From Thermoplasmata archaeon (GTDB taxonomy: Archaea; Thermoplasmatota; Thermoplasmata; Lutacidiplasmatales; UBA184), in contig JAVYSA010000002.1 in NCBI GenBank assembly GCA_038729445.1, positions 1,064 to 65,063 of the forward strand: a DNA stretch of 64,000 nt, in the 5' to 3' direction. Shown here one piece after another: positions 1-9,100 of this stretch (its first letter is position 1; every line of letters starts with the position of its first letter). The position numbers and the translations under genes are program-made. The notes beneath the pieces were generated by a model, which was not told the origin of the DNA, searched no databases, and worked only from the letters and a program-made list of their open reading frames with translations.

Positions 1-649
1 TGATGCCGACCGACGATCCTCCCGGATGCCGGTCGAGTTCCCGGCGGGCCTCCCGAACGTCGTCCGCAGTGCGGACGAAGGAGAGCCCCAGGTAATCGAA
101 CCCCGCACGAGAGGCGATGGCGATGTCGTGCCGGTCCTTCGGCAGCAGCACCGACTGGCCAAGGCGAGCGTTCGGTAGGAAAATCCCGGCGTGGGAGCGG
201 ACGGTACCGCCATCCGTGACACGGGTGCGGATCTCCCGGGACCCGACGTCGACCACCTCGAGCGCCACCTCCCCGTCCCCCAAGAGGATCCGATCCCCGC
301 GTTGGGCCACGCGAGGGAATCCCGGGATCTCCACCGGTGCGCGCCGCGCGTCCCCGGGCCGGGGATCCTCGTCCAGCGTCCATCGGGCGCCTGTCGCGAG
401 CGCCACGCCCTCGCCGGCGAGGTCCCCGATCCGCAGCTTCGGTCCCTGGACGTCCATCACGGCGGCACCGGGGATTCCCTCGTGGGCGAACGCCGCCCGG
501 ATGCTGCGCAGCGCCCGGGCATGTTCGGCGTCGCTCCCGTGGCTGGCGTTGACCCGCAGCGCATTGGCCCCGGCCCGGACCAGCGCGCGCATGCGGGGGA
601 CGCTCGCCGTCGCCGGTCCTACCGTCGCGAGAATCTTCGTCCGACGCAT
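1..649 (-). CDS. pyk: Pyruvate kinase, N-terminal part (gene continues beyond the left window edge)
   Basis: Manual reverse-complement translation from ATG (plus-strand cat 647-649): MRRTKILATVGPATASVPRMRALVRAGANALRVNASHGSDAEH...VMDVQGPKLRIGDL...LPKDRHDIAIASRAGFDYLGLSFVR. This is the canonical PK N-terminus. It is absent from the ORF track because it is truncated by the window edge. Confidence 0.85.
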   Translation of the reverse strand, partial: MRRTKILATVGPATASVPRMRALVRAGANALRVNASHGSDAEHARALRSIRAAFAHEGIPGAAVMDVQGPKLRIGDLAGEGVALATGARWTLDEDPRPGDARRAPVEIPGFPRVAQRGDRILLGDGEVALEVVDVGSREIRTRVTDGGTVRSHAGIFLPNARLGQSVLLPKDRHDIAIASRAGFDYLGLSFVRTADDVREARRELDRHPGGSSVGI

Positions 650-698
650 CGGACACCCCACCCCATTGCGGCGGATAGGACCTCCGGTCAGGGAGGGC

Positions 699-705
699 TA
701 TTTAG
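699..705 (+). promoter_or_regulatory. TATA-like box (TATTTAG) 24 nt upstream of the tRNA-Gln 5' end
   Basis: Isolated AT-rich heptamer in GC-rich DNA at the spacing expected for an archaeal TATA box. Its reverse complement (CTAAATA) lies 49 nt upstream of the divergent pyk ATG, so it may act bidirectionally. Confidence 0.5.
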
Positions 706-729
706 GGTGCCCGTCCGATGCACGGCCGA

Positions 730-802
730 AGCCCCGTGGTGTAGTGGCCAAGCATGCTGGCCTTTGGAGCCGGCGACAGCGGTTCGAATCCGCTCGGGGC
801 TA
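730..802 (+). tRNA. tRNA-Gln (anticodon UUG)
   Basis: Hand-folded cloverleaf. Acceptor AGCCCCG pairs with CGGGGCT, followed by discriminator A. Anticodon stem CTGGC/GCCGG carries loop CTTTGGA (anticodon TTG). T-arm is AGCGG-TTCGAAT-CCGCT. The D-arm GTAGTGGCCAAGC is typical of archaeal tRNAs. No encoded CCA. Confidence 0.9.
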
Positions 803-2400
803 CCCGGTCCTGAATCCTCCGTTCCGGGACAGCTCGGCGCCGACGACCACCCTCCCGATCCGGACACGAAGATCCTTGGTCGTTCCACCGGAAGGCCATT
901 CCCGGCGACGGAATCGTTCCCCTCCGCACCGCGATGGAGTTCCCTCCACCCGAGGGTGAGGCGACCGCTTGGGCGCCCCTCAACGTAGTCTTCCCAAGGT
1001 CTCCCGTGCCCTCGCTGGATTTTCGCGTCTTCCGCCATGTGAAACCTGCCCTCGACATAGAAACGGGCCCCCCGCGTCGGGATCGTAGGATCTCTCCCCG
1101 CCCGAATCATTCCTCCCCGCGGATCCGTCGTTCCGTCGGCGGATCGGACATGGTAAGCCGCTGCCATGCGACGACCGCCGTCGGAGCGGGTGCATGCCCC
1201 GCACGGGGGTGTTCGTCCCCGAGGTTCGTGCGCCCCGACACCGGCCGGACCCGGAGGGCCCGATGCCGGTCGCCGATCTCGTACCGCAGCACCGTTGCGA
1301 GCCATGGTGGCTCCTGGACGTCCGGAAGCCGGGACGCGGGTCCTCGCCACCGTGGAATGGCTCGCCCGTCCGTAGGAATCGTCGATTGGCCGCCGCGCAC
1401 AGCTTGAGCTGCCGCACCGCTCGGATTCGGACGCCTCGGCCCGGCGCCAGCGGATCCGCCGGATCGGTTGGGACGCCGGCTCGCTCCGGCCCATGGGCGG
1501 GAAGGACCGCGGGGCGGCGAGCCATCGACCGACACGATCTCGGGAACCGACTTACGGGGCCATCGAAGAGACGGCCGGACACCCTTGCGGGCGATGGTGG
1601 TGGCGGAACTCGGGGCGTCCCTCGCGGGTCCGGTGGGCCCCACGATTTGCGGAACCCTCGTTCGACTACAAGCTCCGGCCCGGAACCTCCTGCGACTTCC
1701 CCTCGGAAGGGGGATGCGGTGCCCGGAAGACCGCCCCCTTGCTGGCCCCCCACGGTTCCATTGAGGAATCGTGCGTTGGTCGGCTGTGGGACTGGTTCGA
1801 TGATGGCGCGGCGACGAGGGGACCGGAACCATCTTCAAGGCACGCCCACCACCCCCGGGACTGTTGGCAGGATTTTGCGGTGCTCCCCGCGACCCTCGGA
1901 GGCGCCCATCGGCACTGATCGGAAGGAGAATCGGGCGACGGGTCCGATTTCGCGCGGAACGCGGGAATGTGCGCGGGGTCGCCGACACTCCTCCGGGTTC
2001 CCGCTTCCTTGCCCCCACCACCACTGCTACGATGTCCTGCGGAAGGTTAATCCCATCATCGCCTTGGGGCCTGCGGCCGATCGCCACCTTCGCGTGTCGG
2101 TATGACGCTTGATGCGCGGGCCGAGGGAGAGGACTGGATCGATCGATGCGTGCGATCCCGAGACGGGGCGACTTCGCGTCCAAGACTTTCTGGGACTCCC
2201 GCAGAGCCCTTGGGCATCGAGGGGGCGGGAGGCCGGGGCTGCTCTTTCCCCGTGCGGGGGAATGGCCGTGCAGGATTGCCTGTACGCTGTGATATCGGCA
2301 GGGGCTCGCAGGGCATGTGGAACTACGGGAGAGGAAGAACCCGCATGTCGGTGAGGGTACTCCCCCCTTGCAGCGGTCTCCGCTCGGACGGTACGACGAG

Positions 2401-3051
2401 ATGAACATCTTCGCTACGTCCTCGTCCCCGGTCCGCTCCGCCCGCGCGTTGGACGACCGCCGGGTCATCAAGATGGCCGTGGAGTCTGCCCAGATCCTCT
2501 CGACCGCGATGGCGGCGCGGGGCCTCCCAGCGCCCTACCGGCCGACACACCGGTTTCATCCGGTCGTTCGTTGGGCTGGCGCGACCCAAGGCAACTTCCG
2601 GTGGGTGATCCAGCATCTCGCCGCGCTGGTCGAAGAGTACCATCGCCGGTTCGGCCGGGTCCACCGCTCGGGCCGGCATATTCCTCGGTTTCTCCGCGCA
2701 ATCCCGCGATTTCCGCCGGGGCGCCGTCAGCCCTTCTGCAATGTTTCGGGGCATCCGAGGATCCGGCCCACGGTGAGGGCGTATCGACTCCGTCTCTCCG
2801 AGAAGTGGTCTGCGGCCGGTGGCACGAGAGCCCGCTGGACCCGGGCTCGGCCACCGCGCTGGGCCCGCCCTCGGCCGGGAATCCTCTCGCACCCCGAGCG
2901 GATTGCCCCGGGGGTCCCGCACTGTCGCGGCGGCTCCAACTACCTGCTGGCCGATGGATCCGTCCGGAAGTCCCCCGTTCGGAAGCGTTCGAATGCGCAG
3001 ATCGTGCGACTGTCCCGCGGGAAGCGGTCCTCTCCGAAGCCGAGGCACTGA
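2401..3051 (+). CDS. Pyrimidine-dimer DNA glycosylase-like family protein (family assignment from memory), with a ~60-aa low-complexity C-terminal extension
   Basis: Track frame 2317..3051, with the start moved to ATG 2401. MNIFATSSSPVRSARALDDRRVIKMAVESAQILSTA ... HRFHPVVRWAGATQGNFRWVIQHLAALVEEYHRRFGRVH ... AYRLRLSEKW...ARWTRARPPRW follows the pattern I recall for this widespread small family. GC3 falls in the tail. Confidence 0.55.
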   Translation: MNIFATSSSPVRSARALDDRRVIKMAVESAQILSTAMAARGLPAPYRPTHRFHPVVRWAGATQGNFRWVIQHLAALVEEYHRRFGRVHRSGRHIPRFLRAIPRFPPGRRQPFCNVSGHPRIRPTVRAYRLRLSEKWSAAGGTRARWTRARPPRWARPRPGILSHPERIAPGVPHCRGGSNYLLADGSVRKSPVRKRSNAQIVRLSRGKRSSPKPRH

Positions 3052-3603
3052 CCGTTCGCCGGATCACCACATTCAGCCTTTCCGCGGATGGGCACCGGTC
3101 TCGCGGGATCCGTCGGGGGCTCCTCGAGCATCGTGCGAGGCGAAGGCTTCCTTTCCGATCGCACCCCCTTCGAGTCACCCGGCCGGCGTTCCGGCTTCTC
3201 TCGAGGGCCTCGCTTCCCGAAGCGGACCGCGATAGCCTCGCGAGAGCGCTCCCGGGCCTTGGGTGCCAGGGAATTCGGAGGCTCGGAAAGCGAACCCGCC
3301 CTCGTTCGTCCCCTCCGGTCGGATGCCGCAATGTCCTTGCGTCACCGGAGTCGTGGCCGACCCACCACCCACGGATCGGTCCGCCATATGGTGGTACCGG
3401 CCCGCTCGGGTAACCTCGGACGTGCGAATTCCTGCGGGGAAGGGAACGAGGGCGATCCGTCCGCTCGGAGCTCTTCGTCGTATCTTCCGGGGCCATCCGA
3501 CCCGCAGGAGCGATTCCGGGATTCCTCCTCCGAGGTGGCCCGATCGTCGTCCCTCCGGCCGAGGTCCGAGCCCGGCCGTGCCATCATTTCCGGTAGATGA
3601 AGC

Positions 3604-4650
3604 CTATGGTGCCGACCGGGGCTGTTGCTGGGTCAGACAGTGGATCGTCCCCAGTCCCCAGACGAGGTCCCGAGCCCGGATCCCGACAACCGTGCGTTGA
3701 GGAAAGGCACGCTGGAGCACGGCCAGGGCCTCCGCGTCTGCCGGGTCGTCGAAGGTGGGAACGAGCACGGTCCGGTTCGCAATGTAGAAGTTCGCGTAGC
3801 TTGCGGGAAGGCGTTGCCCCCGGATCACGACCGGCTGTGGGCACGGCAGGTCCTCGATCGCGAGCCGACCTCCCGCCAAGGTCCGGCTCGACTCGAGCGC
3901 ACTCCGTGCCGCTTCGGAGGCCGCTCGATCCGGATCTCCCGCCCGATCGCAGCGAACCAGGAGGACGCGGCCTGGACCGACAAAGCGTGCAATGTCGTCG
4001 ATGTGCCCATGCGTGTCATCTCCCACGATCCCTCGGGGAATCCAGATGGTCCGTCGAGCCCCCAGATAGCGCCGGAACACCGTCTCGTAGGCGCTTCGGG
4101 TGAATCCGGGGTTGCGGGCCTGTTCGGGAGAGAGCAGGCATTCCTCGGTTGCGAGGACCGAGCCGGTGCCATCCACGTCGAACGCCCCGCCTTCCAGCGA
4201 AATCCAACGGCGTCCATATCGGGGTCGGAGCACGGTGGCTCCGATTGCCCGGCCGATCCTCGGAGGGACCGATCGGTCGAGCCGCCAGTTGTCGTATTTG
4301 GCCCACGCCGTAAACTTCCAGTGGAGCGCGATCAAGCGCCGGACGGATCCTACCTGCCCTGGCCCCCCATGCACGAAGGTCGGTGCCGAATCGCGCAGCC
4401 AACCGCGGTCGGTCGGAATCGTATGGAACCGGATGGGATCGAGGGGGACGCCGGCATCCCGAAGAGTCCTACGGGCCGAGCGCTCTTGGTGTGGGTGCTC
4501 GACCAGGATCTCCACTCGCTCGCTTTCCGCCAGGCGGCGTACGATCTCCGCGTACGTCCACCGGATTCCCCCGAATCGCCCCGGCCAGTCTCCCGTCGCG
4601 TGAGGCCAAGCGATCCACGTCGCATCATGCGGCTCCCATTCGGCCGGCAT
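3604..4650 (-). CDS. aguA: Agmatine deiminase
   Basis: MPAEWEPHDATWIAWPH... ; ...GDDTHGHIDDIARF... ; C-terminal catalytic motif WGLGTIHCLTQQQP. The track ORF 3604..5139 is over-extended. Start set at ATG 4650, just downstream of the aguB stop (alternative ATG 4713). Confidence 0.85.
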   Translation of the reverse strand: MPAEWEPHDATWIAWPHATGDWPGRFGGIRWTYAEIVRRLAESERVEILVEHPHQERSARRTLRDAGVPLDPIRFHTIPTDRGWLRDSAPTFVHGGPGQVGSVRRLIALHWKFTAWAKYDNWRLDRSVPPRIGRAIGATVLRPRYGRRWISLEGGAFDVDGTGSVLATEECLLSPEQARNPGFTRSAYETVFRRYLGARRTIWIPRGIVGDDTHGHIDDIARFVGPGRVLLVRCDRAGDPDRAASEAARSALESSRTLAGGRLAIEDLPCPQPVVIRGQRLPASYANFYIANRTVLVPTFDDPADAEALAVLQRAFPQRTVVGIRARDLVWGLGTIHCLTQQQPRSAP

Positions 4651-4679
4651 CCGGCGGGCCGGCGGCTCGATGTGCTCGG

Positions 4680-5702
4680 TCACAGGTCCGCGGAGCCCAT
4701 CGAATCGACCCATCGGCGGTTGAGACTGCCGTACGCATCGATCCGTCGGTCTCGGAGGAATGGCCAGTGCTGCCGGGTGCGCTCGATCAGGTCCGGGTCT
4801 ACCGTCGCCAGGAGAACCTCTTCCTCGGAGGAGCCGGCCCGGCAGATCATCCGGCCGAGCGGATCCGCAATGAACGACGACCCCCAGAACTCGATGCCGT
4901 CTCCATCCGCCCGATTGCCCCGGATGTCCCCGTGCTCGAGTCCGACCCGGTTCGCGACAGCGACATAACTGCCGTTCGCGATCGCGTGGGCGCGTTGCAC
5001 GGTCGTCCATGCGTCGCGCTGGGCCTCTCCCACCTCCTCCTTCTCGGCCGGGTGCCAGCCGATCGCCGTCGGGTAGGCCAACAGCTCGGCCCCCGCCAAG
5101 GTGGATGCTCGTGCCGCCTCGGGAAACCACTGATCCCAACAGATGAGGGGACCCACGGGCCCCAACGAGGTGTGAATGGAGGGGAAGCCGAGGTCGCCCG
5201 GAGTGAAGTAGAACTTCTCGTAGTACCGGGGGTCGTCCGGAATGTGCATCTTCCGGTAGGTTCCGACGAGATCGCCGCTTTGGTCCAAGACAATCGCCGT
5301 ATTGTGGTAGACCCCTGGGGCCCGCCGCTCGAAGAGAGAGGTGATGATCACGATCGACAGCTCCTTCGCCTGACGGGCCAAGACCGCCGTGGTTGGGCCG
5401 GGGATCGGTTCGGCTTCCGTGAACAGGGAGGCATCCTCGCGCTGGCAGAAGTACTGCGTACGAAAAAGTTCAGGGAGGATGACAAGCCGGGCTCCGCGGG
5501 CCGCGGCGGTGCGAAGGTGATCGGCGGCGCGCCGGAGGTTTTGTTCCGGATCCGGCCCGGCCCGACTCTGGATTACCGCGATGGAATAGGGCTCGTCATG
5601 CGGTCGATCGCGTCCGGGGGCCACGAGCCTCCGGAACGAACCGGATAGATAACAGTCCTTCCTGGAGGGCCGGGTCCCCCCGGAGGCCGAGCACGGCCTC
5701 AC
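4680..5702 (-). CDS. aguB: N-carbamoylputrescine amidase (CN-hydrolase family)
   Basis: IAVIQSRAG...LVILPELF...YRKMHIPDDPRYYEKFYFTPGD...ICWDQWFPEAAR (catalytic Cys)...AYPTAIGW...VAVANRVG. Lies immediately upstream of aguA. The true start may be the internal GTG at 5624. Confidence 0.85.
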   Translation of the reverse strand: MRPCSASGGTRPSRKDCYLSGSFRRLVAPGRDRPHDEPYSIAVIQSRAGPDPEQNLRRAADHLRTAAARGARLVILPELFRTQYFCQREDASLFTEAEPIPGPTTAVLARQAKELSIVIITSLFERRAPGVYHNTAIVLDQSGDLVGTYRKMHIPDDPRYYEKFYFTPGDLGFPSIHTSLGPVGPLICWDQWFPEAARASTLAGAELLAYPTAIGWHPAEKEEVGEAQRDAWTTVQRAHAIANGSYVAVANRVGLEHGDIRGNRADGDGIEFWGSSFIADPLGRMICRAGSSEEEVLLATVDPDLIERTRQHWPFLRDRRIDAYGSLNRRWVDSMGSADL

Positions 5703-6125
5703 TGTCCTGCCCGACTGGAGATCGCCGGGCTCACCGGGTCACGCCGGATCCGGGGCCGTCGTCCAATCGGCTCGAAGTCGTCGGCCGTGCGGTCCGATGG
5801 CTCGCTTCGCACACGTCTCGGGTCGGACCCACCGATTCATCGGCTGGAGAGCCAATCTCTGGGTCCGCCCCTTTGGGGGAATGTGCTGCGAACGGTCGAT
5901 GCACGGGCCCTCGGTATCCCTGCAAGCCCTTCGCGAGACGGCATCGTACCTTCTTCCAACACAAGATACGGCGCTGCGAACGCCCGGCACGGCATCTCCT
6001 TGAGACCCCGGAACTGGGGTTCGCTTGCCCGGTCTCTGCCGGATCGGCTCGCGCCAGAGATCGGCCACGCGTGGGGCTCATGGGTCGGCGTTCCTTCGGG
6101 GGAACGGGACGACTTTTGCACCAAG

Positions 6126-6133
6126 ATATAAAT
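6126..6133 (+). promoter_or_regulatory. TATA box (ATATAAAT) followed by a T10 tract (6139-6148), 33 nt upstream of the thermopsin-family ATG
   Basis: This is the most AT-rich spot I noticed in the window: gatataaatccgagtttttttttt. Position and composition fit an archaeal BRE/TATA plus an AT-rich proximal element. Confidence 0.6.
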
Positions 6134-6166
6134 CCGAGTTTTTTTTTTCTCGGCGTGGACACGGGC

Positions 6167-9100
6167 ATGACGCGTCGAGCATCGCGAGGAATCATGGGGA
6201 GCATGGTGGCGGTCGCGGTCGTCTTGGCGATGATGGTGCCATCGAGTGTGCTTCTTCCGGCAGCGTCCGTCAGCCGACCGACAGCGGTTGGCGCGGGGAT
6301 TTTCGACGGTTCCGGCTCGTCCGTCTCGGCCGGATCCGTGCCGTCATCGGCGGCATCGGCCCCCCCGTTCGTGCCCCAGAGCAGCCGCTGGCTCAACGGT
6401 GCGCCTTCGCTTCCTACCCTCTCCCATCTCCCATCGAATCTTCAACGGTTCCCATGGATTCAGGATCTCTTGCATCCCCACAGCGGGACGCCCCCACTGG
6501 CATCGGTCCCGAATCTCCAGATGCTTGAGAATCCGGACCACGTGGTACCGGGAGGTCTCATCTATCCCAGCTACGGATCGGCGCCAGCCCCCCTCGGGAT
6601 TGCCGACTATGGCTTGGGGACGCACCCCTATGCGTACAATGCCTCCTTCGTCAATGGCCGCCTCACCCTGACCGCGCCGCCCAATGTAACCCAGCCAGCG
6701 GCTTCGAACGTGATCGGTACCTCCGCGGCTGCCGAGCGGGATGGTTTCGTGGGAAGCGAGTATGAATTCGGGGTTCAGCTCAACACGATCGGAGTCAACC
6801 TGACGATTCCGGGGACCTACAACTCCACCACGAATACCTGGTCCGGATACGTCTGGGCTCAGAACGTGGTCAATTGGAACGACTCCGGGCTCCACTTCCT
6901 GCAGGATACATGGAACTTTAGCCTCGGCTCCCAGACCGAGTGGCAATACAACTCGATCTACTCGGGATGCGGGGGGAACACAGGACAGGCGAATCTCATC
7001 CTGTACGTCTACGGCTTGGTCTTCCAATGCTCGGAGGGCAACGTGCCGCTGACCGCGGCGGACTACCCCGTAACGCTCTCCCTTTACAACAACTTCACAA
7101 CGAATCCCCAAGGACGTTCTCAGCTGGTCTACGGGTATACCATCACCGAGGCGGGAGTCGGGAGGACGATCTCCGGGATTGCGGACACGGTCGTCTTCAA
7201 CAATACCGCTCCGTCGTACCGGAACCCGACCCCGCCGTCGAACGCCCCGGCCAACTCCGTCGATCCGTTTGCCGTTGCCCCGTACGTGAACGCGACCACT
7301 GGTGCCCAAATCGATTCCGAGTTCGACATCGTGGGAGGAATCGAGGGAGCCAACGGGGTCTTCAGCGCGATCAACGGATCGGTTCAGCTCCTTTATGCAA
7401 ACGTGACCCACGACGTCTTCCAGAACGTTCCCTCGGCGTACAATTTCGGAACCGACACGGGGGAGACATCCACCGGAATCGCCGATTACTGGACTCCAAG
7501 CCATGTGCTCGAGATCCACCAAGGTCCGTCGATGCTGTACGGACTTTGGAATGCGGAGCCGCAGGCCTCCGTGCCCTCGGGAGACATCCACCTCGCGGGC
7601 GCAATCGACCCCTCGTATGGCTTCGTCTTCGTGAGCAATATCCCCCCGGTGCTCAACCCGTGGAGCTCGACGGAATCCTACAACATGAGCTGGATGCCGA
7701 CAACCGCGAATGGCACCTTCAACACGTATCTCCCCTCGTTGGGGGGGGCATGGACGAACCGCTATTACGTCCAGGCATTCGCCGATGGGTATGCCGAGTT
7801 CAACGGTACCCCGGTGACCGGCTCCAATACCACATACAACATCGTGATGGTACCCTCCGTGGGTACGCTCAACGCTCCGCTCTACATGAATGGGCCCGGC
7901 CAAGCCTCCGCCCTTACGAAGGCCTTGGGCGGGACGGGCGGATCCTCGTACATCTTCCGGAACCTGGTCCTCGACTCCAACATGTCCTTTGCTCGGTTGA
8001 ACGATTGGTCGTTCCCGGACTTCGTGGTATTCCAGAGCCAAGGCGTGAATTCGGTGGTGGTTGACAATGTGACGCTCGGGACCGATCGAGGAACCATCGA
8101 TCAGAACAGCTATCTCTGGGACGTTCCCACGAAGCCCGGCCTCTTCGCGGCACCCGTCTATGTCTTCCTCGACAATCCCTACATCACCTCGGGAATCAAC
8201 ATCTTTTGGGGATCGGATGATCAGGTGCTGAACCAGACCGTTACCTACCTCTGCCCGCCGAACATGATTACGGGCCAGCAGCAGTGCCTCGGGGTGAACG
8301 GGCGACAGGTGACCCTCTGGGGGGATACCGCAGCCCGGGTAGAAAATACGCAGGCAATCGCTTCGTACAACGTCGGCGTCTTTGTCGGAGGCTCGGTTCT
8401 CACTTCCGTGCGCAGCACGGATGTGGCTTCCTCTGGGGAGGGTGTCACGGAGGTGGGTTCCCGCCAGACCACCGTGACCGGCATGAATGTCACTTCCGGG
8501 TCGACCGGAATCGTCGTGCAGAGCAGCGCCGATGGAAACTACTCCTGGATCAACGTCACCGGAGGTTTGGGAATCGCCGATGGTGAAGACTTTGGCCCGC
8601 ACATTCCCACGATCTATGATATTCCGGGAACGGTGGACCTGACCATCAGCGAATTGAGTGTCGTTTACGGTGGGACGGGCGCGAACATCACCCTGTCCCA
8701 AGGGACGACCATCCGACACGTGTCGTTGCAAGATTCGCATGGTATTGAGATCGACATGTCGTCGGATTTGGTGGGGGCCAATGTCACGGCCAACAACTCC
8801 GCAGCGGCATACCCAGTGATCAATTCGGAGGAAATTTCGTTCTCCTCGATCACCCTGAGCGATTCCGTCGGGGGGCTAATCTATAGCAGTCGGAACGTCA
8901 TGATCCAAGGGATGGATGCGACCAACAATTCGCTCGGCCTCCTTTCTGAGATTAATAGCGCAAATGTGACCTTGGCTGGGGCGACCGCGACGAATTTGTC
9001 AGGGCTCGCGATCTACTTCGACGACATGTCCAGTGCGGGGAGCATTTCTAACGCTGTCGTTCAGTCGGGACCCGCACCGTTTGTGGTACTTGCAAACGAT

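Noticed and set aside
1725-1745. GCCCGGAAGACCGC, considered as an SRP-RNA helix-8-like GGAA tetraloop; the 803-2400 region was also checked for RNase P-like motifs
   Set aside because: The flanks do not pair into the required stem and the other conserved SRP and RNase P motifs were not found by eye. A covariance-model scan is needed for a real answer.
2987-2994. GTTCGAAT matching part of the tRNA-Gln T-arm, considered as a possible attachment-site repeat delimiting an integrated element
   Set aside because: Only 8 nt match, which is too short to distinguish from chance. No integrase gene was recognised in between.
3342-3587. 81-aa acidic ORF (-) and neighbouring small ORFs in 3052-3603
   Set aside because: Intermediate GC3, no homology recognised and no promoter-like element, so there is insufficient support.
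3604-5139. N-terminal ~160-aa extension of the agmatine deiminase ORF, and similar upstream extensions of many track ORFs (17942..20242, 21224..22813, 28116..30080, 42028..44214, 42052..44649, 47802..49343, 50407..51936, 51309..53249, 51947..53572)
   Set aside because: The extensions overlap the preceding gene, are low-complexity, and start upstream of the point where family homology begins. Internal ATG/GTG starts give normal protein lengths and typical 4-nt overlaps with the neighbouring genes.
6344-8740. 798-aa ORF on the minus strand
   Set aside because: It is antisense to the thermopsin-family gene. The translation is Arg/Gly/Pro/Asp-rich with no motif. Long open antisense frames are expected at this GC content.
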